Below are positions 1 through 10,973 of a stretch of DNA of 64,000 nucleotides, in pieces. Origin of the DNA: Chloroflexota bacterium (GTDB lineage: Bacteria; Chloroflexota; Dehalococcoidia; Bin125); assembly GCA_028875225.1 (NCBI GenBank), contig JAPPFB010000018.1:2237-66236 (forward strand). Direction: 5' to 3'. A program made the position numbers and the translations under genes. The notes under the pieces were generated by a model, which worked only from the letters and a program-made list of their open reading frames with translations, did no database searches and was not told where the DNA came from. Every line of letters begins with the position of its first letter. Position 1 is the first letter of the stretch.

Positions 1-998
1 GCGGGGACGATCAGAAGCGAGCGCGACTGCGCTTCAGCGAACAATTCGTCGCGGCTGCGCTGCTTCAGGAACTCGCCGACCACCTCCATTAGCCGGGCCC
101 AGTCGGAGAGGGGACGCGCGCCGGAGATGAACTCCGCGCCGAGACCGATCCAGTCGAGGTCTCGGTCCTCGAGCGAGCACTCGCCCTCGTCGTACATCCA
201 GTTGAAGAGTCGCTGGGAGAACGGTCCGATGCCGGAACCGAAGAGGAAGGTGAGGGAGATGTAGCCGTCGGCGACCTCCCAGATCAGCTTGCCGGTGAAC
301 GGGCCGACGGCCATGCCGCCGGCGACGCGGGCCGTCTCGGCGGCGCCGATCGAGGCGGCGAGGTTGGCCGACATCGTGGCGGCGGCCACGGACTGCTGGG
401 CGGAGATGTCGATGTACTGTCCTCTGCCGATGTTGCTGCGCGCGCGCAGGGCGACCATCGTGGCGATCGCCGCTTCGCCCGAGGCGTGGCTCCAGGCCTG
501 CGGGACGGAGACGCGGACGGGCGCCTCACCGGCGCCTCCAGAGAGAATCAGCGGGCCGCCCGCGGCCATGAGGATCAGGTCGGTCGCCTGGTAGCCGGCT
601 TTGGGTCCGTTCTGTCCGAAGGCGGAGATTGAGGTGTAGATCAGCGCATCGTGTTCCGCTGAGAGGTCGCGATAGCCCAGCCCGCGTGCGGTCATCGCGC
701 CGGGATCGCTGGATTCGAGGACAAAGTCGGCGTCCGCTGCCAATTGGCGGACCAGGGCCTGACCGTCCGGGTGGTCGAGGTTGCAGGTGATGCCGCGCTT
801 GTTGCGCGCGTAGGCCCACCAAAAGAGGGAGCGATCCGGTCCGGGGTCGTCTCCGGCGAAGGGTCCGACGGCGCGCGCGGGCGAGCCCTCGGGCGGCTCG
901 ATTGCGATCACGTCGGCGCCCAGGTCGGAGAGGATCTGGCCGGCCAACATGCCGCGCTGATCGGTCAAATCGAGGACGCGATAGGGCGTCAACAGCAT
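1..998 (-). CDS. Family III CoA-transferase (CaiB/BaiF-like); 3' end runs off window edge
   Basis: Own minus-strand translation from ATG at 998 gives MLLTPYRVLDLTDQRGMLAGQILSDLGADVIAIEPPEG..., the N-terminal L-D-L-(T/S)...G..LADLGA-V-I-K-I-E-PP signature. GGAGGAGG RBS 5-12 nt upstream. Frame stays open to position 1, so it is absent from the ORF track. The track ORF 526..1305(-) is an Arg-rich out-of-frame artefact. Confidence 0.8.
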   Translation of the reverse strand, partial: MLLTPYRVLDLTDQRGMLAGQILSDLGADVIAIEPPEGSPARAVGPFAGDDPGPDRSLFWWAYARNKRGITCNLDHPDGQALVRQLAADADFVLESSDPGAMTARGLGYRDLSAEHDALIYTSISAFGQNGPKAGYQATDLILMAAGGPLILSGGAGEAPVRVSVPQAWSHASGEAAIATMVALRARSNIGRGQYIDISAQQSVAAATMSANLAASIGAAETARVAGGMAVGPFTGKLIWEVADGYISLTFLFGSGIGPFSQRLFNWMYDEGECSLEDRDLDWIGLGAEFISGARPLSDWARLMEVVGEFLKQRSRDELFAEAQSRSLLIVP

Positions 999-1089
999 CG
1001 GACTGCCTCCTCCCGCTCAGCGATTGAAGGGTATCGCAAGCGCAGGCAGGGGGCGACGCCGACACGCTAGGCTGTGGCTGGAGCAAGCG

Positions 1090-1365
1090 ATGACGACGAC
1101 GGAACGACCGAGCGAATCGTCGGCGAAGCCGAAGTATCTGACCGACGAATATGAGGTCGTCCGCGACGGTCGGACATTTCGCTGCCGACTGTTCGAGTAC
1201 CGAGGTGACGAGTACGAGTCGTGTTACGAGGTCGGAGCGACTACGGATGTCCTCAGAGAGATCATTCCTGAACCGCTCATTGGGCCAGACAACCCCATCT
1301 ACCACGAACTCGTCGCGTACTTGGATCAGTTCTTGATCGAGCCCGAGGAACCGACGTCCGAATGA
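1090..1365 (+). CDS. Small hypothetical protein, candidate antitoxin partner of the downstream PIN protein
   Basis: 92-aa ORF (internal ATG of track ORF 1024..1365). Its stop overlaps the PIN gene start (ATGA). No recognisable DNA-binding motif, so the antitoxin role is inferred from position only. Confidence 0.4.
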   Translation: MTTTERPSESSAKPKYLTDEYEVVRDGRTFRCRLFEYRGDEYESCYEVGATTDVLREIIPEPLIGPDNPIYHELVAYLDQFLIEPEEPTSE

Positions 1366-1793
1366 CGTCCCACGTCCAGGTGTTCGTCGATACTTCGCAG
1401 CTGATCGGCGAGGAGCTTGTTCACGATCAATGGCGAGAGGCGGCTCTGCTCGCGGCCGATGCCACGGAAGAGATGCAGAGAGTTACGAGCGAGGGTGTCT
1501 TTCAGGAGTTGCTTGCTCACTTTGCACGAGCATCTGGAGAAGATCGGTCTTCCATAGCGGCAACCGTCAGAGGGATGCAAGCGGATGCTCGCGTGATTGT
1601 TGTGCGGCACACTCCGGCACTGCTGGCCGCTGCATTGGACCTGTACGACGGTGAGTTTCGGCATACTCGGCTGAGCTATCAGGATTGCATCGCGATACAG
1701 ATCATGCGGGACCTTGAGATCGACACGATTCTGACGGCAGATCAGGAGTTCGCGGTCGCCGGGGTCACGCCGCTGCTGCGTCGCTACGGCTGA
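1362..1793 (+). CDS. PIN-domain ribonuclease (VapC-like toxin)
   Basis: 143 aa, starts VFVDTS, with acidic residues spaced as in PIN domains (..GEF.., ..DCIAIQIMRD.., ..TADQEFAVAG..). Paralog of 42511..42951. Confidence 0.7.
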   Translation: MTSHVQVFVDTSQLIGEELVHDQWREAALLAADATEEMQRVTSEGVFQELLAHFARASGEDRSSIAATVRGMQADARVIVVRHTPALLAAALDLYDGEFRHTRLSYQDCIAIQIMRDLEIDTILTADQEFAVAGVTPLLRRYG

Positions 1794-1796
1794 TTT

Positions 1797-2867
1797 CTAC
1801 TGCAGCGCGCCTGAGCCACTGATCTCCCAGGTGTCCTCGACGACACCGGCTCGGTGGGCGTGGAGCGTCCGGTGCAGGAGGACGGTGCTGTCGGAGTAGT
1901 GGGGGATCATCTCGATCCGGTCGCCGATCCTGAGCGGCTCACCGCCGTCGCGAGAGAAGTGGGTGTGCTCGGCGCTGAGTCCGACACAGTTCCAGCCATC
2001 TGGATTGACAACCGCGGGCAAACCGGTGTGCCGGCCGGTTGCTTTCCAGCCGGCGTCGCCGGCCGCCCGGTCGGGGTTGGCGGCTGAGACGACCTGACAG
2101 ACGAGACTGAGCGCCTGGCGGTGTCCGCCGACGCCCATTGATTCGTAGGTCAGGTCCATGAGCGCGGCTCCGCCGGCCTGGAGTTCATTCAGGACGCTCT
2201 GCTTGAGGACGTATCGATAGTTGCCGCTGCCGCCTCCGGAGAGCACGCCAATCTGGTGGCCGTCGGACTGGCAGAGCTCGTTGGCGCGAGCCAGGATCGA
2301 CGCCGAGGCGGACGTTTCGCGTTCCTTTTCGTCGTCCGGGAGGCCCATCACGTGGCCCTCGTAGCCCATCAGGCCGCGGAGTCGGACTGCCGGTAGATCG
2401 GAAATCAGGGAGCAGAGCGCGGGCGATTCCTCAGGAGTGACACCGCAGCGGTGGAGGTTGACGTCGATGTCGACGAGCAGATCGATGGTGACGCCGGCGG
2501 CGTCGGCGGCGGCGGAGATCTCGCGGATGTTGTCCGCGTCGTCGACCGCGACGCAGAGGGTCGCCAATTTGGCCACTTCGACCAGTCGGGCGACCTTTTG
2601 CTCGCCGACGACCTCGTTGGCGATCAGGATGTCGGTGACGCCGCCTCTGGCCATGACGAGAGCCTCGGACGACTTGGCGCAGGTGATCCCGACGGCTCCC
2701 GCCTCAAGCAAACGCAGCGCCATCGCGGGTGCTTTGCAGGCTTTGACGTGAGGACGCCAGGCAATGCCGGCGTCGGCGCAGCGCTGGGCCATCAGCGAGG
2801 CGTTGTGTTCGAGGGCGTCGAGGTCGACCAGCAACGCCGGTGTGTCCAATTCCCAGATTGAGGTCAT
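1797..2867 (-). CDS. PLP-dependent alanine-racemase-N-domain protein (D-serine deaminase / D-threonine aldolase-like, DSD1 family)
   Basis: Track ORF 1797..2921. Internal ATG at 2867 (MTSIWELDTPALLVDLDALEHN...) with GGGAG RBS. HVKACKAP, lysine-containing motif typical of this fold. Confidence 0.65.
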   Translation of the reverse strand: MTSIWELDTPALLVDLDALEHNASLMAQRCADAGIAWRPHVKACKAPAMALRLLEAGAVGITCAKSSEALVMARGGVTDILIANEVVGEQKVARLVEVAKLATLCVAVDDADNIREISAAADAAGVTIDLLVDIDVNLHRCGVTPEESPALCSLISDLPAVRLRGLMGYEGHVMGLPDDEKERETSASASILARANELCQSDGHQIGVLSGGGSGNYRYVLKQSVLNELQAGGAALMDLTYESMGVGGHRQALSLVCQVVSAANPDRAAGDAGWKATGRHTGLPAVVNPDGWNCVGLSAEHTHFSRDGGEPLRIGDRIEMIPHYSDSTVLLHRTLHAHRAGVVEDTWEISGSGALQ

Positions 2868-2914
2868 AGCATGCTCCCAATTGAACCACAGGAATCGTAA
2901 CGAAACGCCGACCG

Positions 2915-3667
2915 ATGCCATTTGCCGAGATCAACGGGCTGCAGCTGTTCTACCACGAGCAGGGACCAGACGACCCAGATGCGCCGACGATCGTCTTCGT
3001 GCACGGCACACAGGGCAACGCGTCGCTGTGGGCCGGGCTGTTCGACGTACTGTCGGACCGATTCCGCTGCGCGGCGCTGAATCATCGGGGACGCGCGCCG
3101 TCGGAGTCGCCGGACGATCCTTCGATGTACAGCATTGAGCAGTTTGCCGACGACCAGGCGGCGTTCATCGAGCAGCGCGGCTACCGGAACGTCACCATGA
3201 TGGGCTGGTCGCTGGGCGTGCGCACGACGCTGGCCTATCTGCATCGGCATGGATCGGAGCGCGTCGGACAGGCGATTCTGGTTGCAGGTCCGCCTTCGCC
3301 GAACTTTGGCGGTCAACCGCTGACGCCGCCCGACCAGGACGCGCCGGCCCGGGAGGTCTGGGGCCAGCAGTTTCGGCCGTCGACCGAGGCCTGCTGGGAG
3401 GGCTCGCAGCAGTCTCGGGCTACCTGTGACCTTGAAGCCACGCTGTCGAGCATTGACATCCCGGTGGCGATCTTCCCGGGTCGGCACGACCCGATCTGCC
3501 CGCACGCCGCCGCCGAGTTCATGGCTCGGGAGATCCCCAACGCGACGCTGAGAACGTTCGAGGAGTCGGGTCATGCGCCTCTGATCACGGAATCGGAGCG
3601 GTTCGTCGAGGAGACCGTCGCCTTCATCCAACGCTCGGAAGCGGCGCGAGCGGGGTCGGCCGACTAG
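2915..3667 (+). CDS. Alpha/beta-fold hydrolase
   Basis: 250 aa. IVFVHGTQGN...MMGWSLGV (GxSxG nucleophile elbow). Confidence 0.7.
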   Translation: MPFAEINGLQLFYHEQGPDDPDAPTIVFVHGTQGNASLWAGLFDVLSDRFRCAALNHRGRAPSESPDDPSMYSIEQFADDQAAFIEQRGYRNVTMMGWSLGVRTTLAYLHRHGSERVGQAILVAGPPSPNFGGQPLTPPDQDAPAREVWGQQFRPSTEACWEGSQQSRATCDLEATLSSIDIPVAIFPGRHDPICPHAAAEFMAREIPNATLRTFEESGHAPLITESERFVEETVAFIQRSEAARAGSAD

Positions 3668-4440
3668 ACGGTCTCCGCGGCGTCCTCGGCCTCATCGATT
3701 TCCTCGGTCTCCTCCGCCTCCGCTTCTGCATCGCTGCCGGCGCGGAAGAAGTGGTGGTAGAGGAGGCCGGCCGCGATGGCTCCGATGCCCGGGCCGACGA
3801 CGTAGACCCAGAACGAATCGAAGGCGTTCGAGATCAAGGCTGGACCGAAGGTGCGGGCCGGGTTGACCGAGGCGCCGGTCATGGGCACGGCGATCAGGTG
3901 AATGACCACAACGGTCAGGCCGATCGCCAGCGGCGCGGCAACGCCGAATCCCTTCTTCGAGACGGCGACGGCGAAGATGACGGAGACCAGAGCGGCGGTC
4001 AGGAGCAGCTCGAGCAGCAAGGCGCCGCCTTCGCCGAGAGCCATCTCATTGATCCCGTGTGCTCCGAAATTGGTCAGGTTGCCGATCTCGTTGAACAGGA
4101 TCGCGTAAAGCAGTGAGGTTGCCATGGCGGCGCCGAGCAACTGCATGAGCACATACACGCAACCCGGCGCGATCTTGATGTTCCGGGTGACGATCATGGC
4201 GAGGGTCACGGCAGGGTTCAGGTGACCGCCAGAGTAGTTCGCCGTGGCGTAGACCATGACGGCGATGCCGATGCCATGGGCCAGCGCGATCGCGACCAGA
4301 TCGCCGCCGCCGGTGGCAATCACAGCGCCCGTCCCAATCAGGACGAAGAGCATGGTTCCAATCAGCTCTGCTACGTAGGCGCGGATGTTGTCCCGCGATG
4401 TGATTTCTGTCAGACCAAGCTGTTCGGAGTCCATCTGCAT
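3664..4440 (-). CDS. Aquaporin / MIP-family channel
   Basis: 258 aa with two NPA boxes (HLNPAVT and NPARTF) and six hydrophobic segments. Acidic C-terminal tail. Confidence 0.85.
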   Translation of the reverse strand: MQMDSEQLGLTEITSRDNIRAYVAELIGTMLFVLIGTGAVIATGGGDLVAIALAHGIGIAVMVYATANYSGGHLNPAVTLAMIVTRNIKIAPGCVYVLMQLLGAAMATSLLYAILFNEIGNLTNFGAHGINEMALGEGGALLLELLLTAALVSVIFAVAVSKKGFGVAAPLAIGLTVVVIHLIAVPMTGASVNPARTFGPALISNAFDSFWVYVVGPGIGAIAAGLLYHHFFRAGSDAEAEAEETEEIDEAEDAAETV

Positions 4441-6808
<2,368 letters not shown>

Positions 6809-6819
6809 GGCCTGTTCAC

Positions 6820-6940
6820 ATGGGCTGACATCAGCCCCAGATGCCGTCATTGCCGCGGTTGACGCGGCAATCTCGCCATGATCTCTACTGACGTCCGTGC
6901 TGAACGCGGCGAGATACCCGCGGCAAGCGCGGGTATGACG
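6820..6940. terminator. Cluster of GC-rich hairpins between convergent katG and rhodanese genes (likely bidirectional terminators)
   Basis: GGGCTGA-ca-TCAGCCC, ATTGCCGCG-gttgac-CGCGGCAAT and ATACCCGCG-gcaa-GCGCGGGTAT perfect inverted repeats within 170 bp of convergent intergenic DNA. No T-tracts, as expected in high-GC genomes. Confidence 0.5.
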
Positions 6941-6976
6941 GAGTTTCTTACGTCTATTCGGCCCATGTGAGCAGAT

Positions 6977-7855
6977 CTAGTCCACCGCCAAAGGCAGCGA
7001 CTCGTCGGCCGCGTATTCCGACATCGAGGCGTCGTAGACGGCGACGTTGTCGTAGCCGAGCAGGCTGAGGATGAAGGCGTCGTTCGATGCCGCGATCCCG
7101 CCGCCGCAGTAGGTCACGACGCGCTGCGTCTTATCCGGGGCGACCTCGGCGAACATGTTGGCGAGGTCGTCGGACGGCCGGTACAGACCCGTGTCGGGAT
7201 CGATCAGTTCCATTGCCGGCACGTTGGTCGAGCCCGGAATGTGTCCGGCGCGACCGTATGTGCGTCCGCCGTCGGCGCCGGAATGCTGGTCGCGGCCCAG
7301 GGCGTTGATCAGGCAGCTGCCGCCCGACTCGACGAACGCCTTAACCTCGTCCAGGTCGGCGAAGCGGTCCAGATCAGCGGTCGGGGTGAAACCGGTCGGC
7401 GCGTAGGTCGCCGGCTCGGTCGAGACGGCGCGGCCTTCATCGCTCCAGCGACGCCAACCGCCGTCGAGCACGGCCGCGTTGCTGCAGCCCATCGACTGGA
7501 ACATCCACCACAGCCTGGCCGCCCACATCGAGCCGAGGCGGTCATACAGGACCAGCCTGGACGACTCGGAGATGCCGTGCCTGCCCGCTGCCGCGGCGAA
7601 CTCGTCGGCTGACGGCATCATGAAGCGCAGACGCTGGTTGTTGTCGGAAAAGTCGGCTTGCAGGTCGAGGTATCCGGCCCCGGGGATGTGTCCCGAGTCG
7701 TATTCGGCCCGCCCCGACTCGACGCGGTATCCACCTCCATCTCGGGGACGCAGGAACACGGTCGACTCGAAGACCCGGACGTCCGGATCATTCAGGTGCT
7801 CGGCGAGCCAGTCGGTTGACACCAGGTATTCGGGATGCGCAAACGCCATGGTCAA
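6977..7855 (-). CDS. Thiosulfate/3-mercaptopyruvate sulfurtransferase (tandem rhodanese domains)
   Basis: 292 aa. Two rhodanese modules with catalytic CGGGIAAS loop in the second; HIPGAGY in the first. Confidence 0.8.
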   Translation of the reverse strand: MTMAFAHPEYLVSTDWLAEHLNDPDVRVFESTVFLRPRDGGGYRVESGRAEYDSGHIPGAGYLDLQADFSDNNQRLRFMMPSADEFAAAAGRHGISESSRLVLYDRLGSMWAARLWWMFQSMGCSNAAVLDGGWRRWSDEGRAVSTEPATYAPTGFTPTADLDRFADLDEVKAFVESGGSCLINALGRDQHSGADGGRTYGRAGHIPGSTNVPAMELIDPDTGLYRPSDDLANMFAEVAPDKTQRVVTYCGGGIAASNDAFILSLLGYDNVAVYDASMSEYAADESLPLAVD

Positions 7856-7957
7856 TGGTCCTTGTCAGTTCAATGGTGTTCGGGTTCATGGCTAGGTTAC
7901 CCATGTCCCGCGATAGACTGCCCCAGTACGTCCGACGCAGTCCACGAGAATCCGCCC

Positions 7958-8914
7958 GTGCCTTACCTCAATACCTTTGCTTCCACCGTTGACGCTGTCG
8001 ATCTGACCGGAACCGACGAGTTCGCGTCGCTCTGCGAATCAGCCGCCGACCTTGGGATCGCGCACGCCGGGCAGATTCGCTACGTCTCGCGCAACAAGGT
8101 GATCAACCACCTTCGGCTGCACCTGCTCGAGTGGGGCGACCCGTCCAATCCGACAATTGTCCTGCTGCATGGCGGCAACCAGTCGGCTCACAGCTGGGAT
8201 CTGGTCGCGCTCCACCTGGCCGATCGGTTCCACATCATCGCCCCGGACCAACGCGGACACGGCGACTCGGAGTGGGCCCGCGACGCCGACTACGGCCCGG
8301 ACCAGATGGCCTCCGACGCGCTCCAGTTGATCCATGAAGACGGCATTGAAGCCCCGATCGTGATGGGCCACTCGATGGGCGGCATGGTCACCATGCGGCT
8401 GACCGCGCGCGAGCCGTCGCTGCCTCGCGCCGTGGTGCTCGTCGACGTGGGCCCGGAGGTTTCGCAGCGGGGCGCGCAGGCGATTCGCAACTTTGTTGTG
8501 CGCAATGTCGAGTTTGAACATCTGGACGAATTCATCGACCGCGTCGCGGCCTACGACCCGTTCCGCTCGCGAGAGCACATGGAACGCACGGCGCGGTACA
8601 ACCTCGTGCATCGATCCGACGGCAAGTACGTCTCCAAGTCCGACCGCATCCTGCATGACCCCGGCTTCCAGCGCCCGGCGGCCGACCGCCGCGATGTGGC
8701 CGACGGCTTTCACCAGTTCGACGGCCCCACGCTGCTCGTGCGCGGCGCGTCGAGCAACATCCTCGAGGCCGACGCCGCCGAGCGATTTGTGTCCGACCTG
8801 CCCAACGCCCGGTTAGTCGAAGTGCCGGACTGTGGACACAACGTCCACTCGCAGAACACGCCCGGCTTCATTGCCGCAGTTTCAGATTTCCTGCTCTCAG
8901 CGGCCCAGGTCTGA
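7958..8914 (+). CDS. Alpha/beta-fold hydrolase
   Basis: Track ORF 7835..8914 overlaps the rhodanese start. The first plausible in-frame start is GTG at about 7958. IVLLHGGNQS...MGHSMGG nucleophile elbow. Start uncertain. Confidence 0.65.
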   Translation: MPYLNTFASTVDAVDLTGTDEFASLCESAADLGIAHAGQIRYVSRNKVINHLRLHLLEWGDPSNPTIVLLHGGNQSAHSWDLVALHLADRFHIIAPDQRGHGDSEWARDADYGPDQMASDALQLIHEDGIEAPIVMGHSMGGMVTMRLTAREPSLPRAVVLVDVGPEVSQRGAQAIRNFVVRNVEFEHLDEFIDRVAAYDPFRSREHMERTARYNLVHRSDGKYVSKSDRILHDPGFQRPAADRRDVADGFHQFDGPTLLVRGASSNILEADAAERFVSDLPNARLVEVPDCGHNVHSQNTPGFIAAVSDFLLSAAQV

Positions 8915-8932
8915 CAGGCGTACCATCGAATC

Positions 8933-9514
8933 ATGGCCGAGCAATATGTCGCCAGGGACAAGAACACGGGCTTCGAGGTCTCCGTCACCGGCGACTTCCC
9001 CGAGCATCCTGACGACCGGATGCGCATCGCGCGCACGACCACGCTGTTCACCCGATTGATGTCGACCCTGCTGCAGCGTGATGAAGCCCAGCGTCGGATC
9101 GGATTCCGCGCGATCGAGACGCAACTCGAATTGGCCGACGCCCTGATCCGCCAGGATCACGCGGAGGTCCAGCGGCTGGTCCGCGAGACCCTGACCTCGA
9201 TGGGCGTGAGCGAAGATCAGTTGCGCGAGCTGGCCCAGCGGCTGGCCGAGGCGGGCGGGCTCGATCCGCGCGTGGCGCAGGAACTGTCGCGCGCATTCGG
9301 ATTTGACGGCGACATGCTTGAGATGGAGGCCGAACCGGCGGACGATCCGTCCGACGACGACGGCGCGGCGCTCGATCCGAAGATCATGCAGCAGCTTGAG
9401 GACTTGCTCGCCAACTCTGACATGCAGTCAGATACGCAGCCCGGCACGCCGGAAGCTGACGCCGACGGCCAGGATGACGATTCCGAAGACGCTTCGAAAG
9501 GACCAACAACGTGA
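8933..9514 (+). CDS. Hypothetical protein with highly acidic C-terminal tail
   Basis: 193 aa, high GC3. Stop overlaps the next gene start (GTGA). No recognised motif. Confidence 0.5.
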   Translation: MAEQYVARDKNTGFEVSVTGDFPEHPDDRMRIARTTTLFTRLMSTLLQRDEAQRRIGFRAIETQLELADALIRQDHAEVQRLVRETLTSMGVSEDQLRELAQRLAEAGGLDPRVAQELSRAFGFDGDMLEMEAEPADDPSDDDGAALDPKIMQQLEDLLANSDMQSDTQPGTPEADADGQDDDSEDASKGPTT

Positions 9515-10047
9515 GCACTTCAGCGGTTGGCTACATCAAGGACATGCTCAGCTTCATTCACGGCGGCTTCCGCGACGCCCGTAGCGGGCAGACGGCGGAG
9601 CAGTTGCACTTCGTCCCCGAGGGCGAATCGCACTCGGTCGCCTGGGTGCTCTGGCACGCCGCGCGCGTTGAAGACCTGCTCGTTCAGGGCGCCTGGCAGG
9701 GCAAGCAGGAGATCTGGCGCGAGGGCAACTGGGCCGAGAAGACCGGCCTGCCCGAGCGCGGTTTCGGCACCGGCCAGTCGACCGAAGAAGCCTCGACCGT
9801 TGCGATTGGCGACATGGATGCCTTCTGCGCCTACCAGGACGCCGTCAACGAGTCGACCCACGCATTCCTCGACTCGCTCTCGGACGACGACCTGGCGCGT
9901 GAAGTCAAGCTCGGCGAGGCCACCGAGACCCTTGGCCAGTCGATCACCCTGCACCTCTGCACCCACCTCAACGGTCACCGCGGCGAGATCAACCTGATCC
10001 GGGGCATGCACGGACTCGATCCCGTGCGTCCCAACATGGGCGGCTGA
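9511..10047 (+). CDS. DinB/YfiT-like (DinB_2 superfamily) putative metal-dependent protein
   Basis: 178 aa with conserved His triad spacing (WVLWHAARVED...HLCTHLNGHRGEI) typical of the DinB four-helix-bundle family. Confidence 0.6.
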   Translation: MSTSAVGYIKDMLSFIHGGFRDARSGQTAEQLHFVPEGESHSVAWVLWHAARVEDLLVQGAWQGKQEIWREGNWAEKTGLPERGFGTGQSTEEASTVAIGDMDAFCAYQDAVNESTHAFLDSLSDDDLAREVKLGEATETLGQSITLHLCTHLNGHRGEINLIRGMHGLDPVRPNMGG

Positions 10048-10086
10048 TGACGCTCGCCGTGCGGGCGCGATGAGGGGAGCCAGTTC

Positions 10087-10968
10087 ATGCATGTAGTGAT
10101 CACCGGCGCAAGCGGCCTGATTGGCAGCGCCCTCATTGACCAGCTTCGACAACGCGGAGTCAGCGTGACCGCCGTCTCCCGCAATCCTCGCGCTCACCTC
10201 GCCCTGTCCGGCGTCAACTGGACCGGCTGGGAGGGTCTCGCCGACGCCGTCTCGGGCGCGGCTGGCGTCATCCACCTCGCCGGCGAAGGCATCGTCGATC
10301 AACGCTGGAACAACAATCGCAAGGCCGCATTGCGCGACAGCCGGCTTGAGACGACGCGGCAAGTCGCACAGGCGATCCAAGCTGCGGGCGAGAAGCCCGG
10401 TGTCCTGATCAGCGCCTCTGCGATTGGCTACTACGGCAACATCGTTGAACGCGAATCGACCGAGTCGGCGCCGGCCGGCAGCGACTTCCTCGCACAGCTC
10501 TGCGCCGATTGGGAACAGGAGGCGAAGGCCTCCGGGGTGCGAACGGTGAACGCCCGGATTGGCATTGTGATGTCCGCCGACGGCGGCGCGCTCCCCCGTC
10601 TGCTGATGCCGTTCAAGCTGGGACTCGGCGGTCCGATCGGTCTAGGCCGAGCCTGGTGGAGTTGGGTGCACATCGACGATGTCGTCGGCGGCATGCTCTT
10701 TGCCCTGGAAGAGAACTACGTCGAAGGCGCGATCAACCTGACGGCGCCTAATCCGATCAGGAACAGTGAGTTCTCCGGCGCGCTGGGACGGGCCCTGAAG
10801 CGTCCGGCGCTGATGCCGGTACCACCCCTGGCGCTGAAGCTCATGCTGGGCGAAGGAGCGAGCGTCCTGCTCGCCTCGCAACGAATACTGCCCACGCGAA
10901 CGCTTGAGCTCGGCTACCGGTTCCAGTTCACCGAGATCGACGCCGCGCTCCAGGATCTCGTCGCCTGA
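10087..10968 (+). CDS. NAD-dependent epimerase family protein (TIGR01777/YfcH-like, SDR39U1)
   Basis: 293 aa. N-terminal ITGASGLIGSAL Rossmann motif. C-terminal DUF1731-like region. Confidence 0.75.
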   Translation: MHVVITGASGLIGSALIDQLRQRGVSVTAVSRNPRAHLALSGVNWTGWEGLADAVSGAAGVIHLAGEGIVDQRWNNNRKAALRDSRLETTRQVAQAIQAAGEKPGVLISASAIGYYGNIVERESTESAPAGSDFLAQLCADWEQEAKASGVRTVNARIGIVMSADGGALPRLLMPFKLGLGGPIGLGRAWWSWVHIDDVVGGMLFALEENYVEGAINLTAPNPIRNSEFSGALGRALKRPALMPVPPLALKLMLGEGASVLLASQRILPTRTLELGYRFQFTEIDAALQDLVA

Positions 10969-10973
10969 CCGAC

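Noticed and set aside
526-1305. 259-aa minus-strand ORF at the window start
   Set aside because: Arg-rich nonsense translation. A different minus-strand frame, open to the window edge from the ATG at 998, encodes a clean CaiB/BaiF N-terminus with a GGAGGAGG RBS.
7835-7957. N-terminal 41 codons of track ORF 7835..8914
   Set aside because: This overlaps the start of the convergent-divergent rhodanese gene and has no RBS. The hydrolase more likely begins at the in-frame GTG at about 7958.
9520-10380. 286-aa minus-strand ORF
   Set aside because: Antisense to the DinB-like and epimerase genes, which have recognisable motifs.
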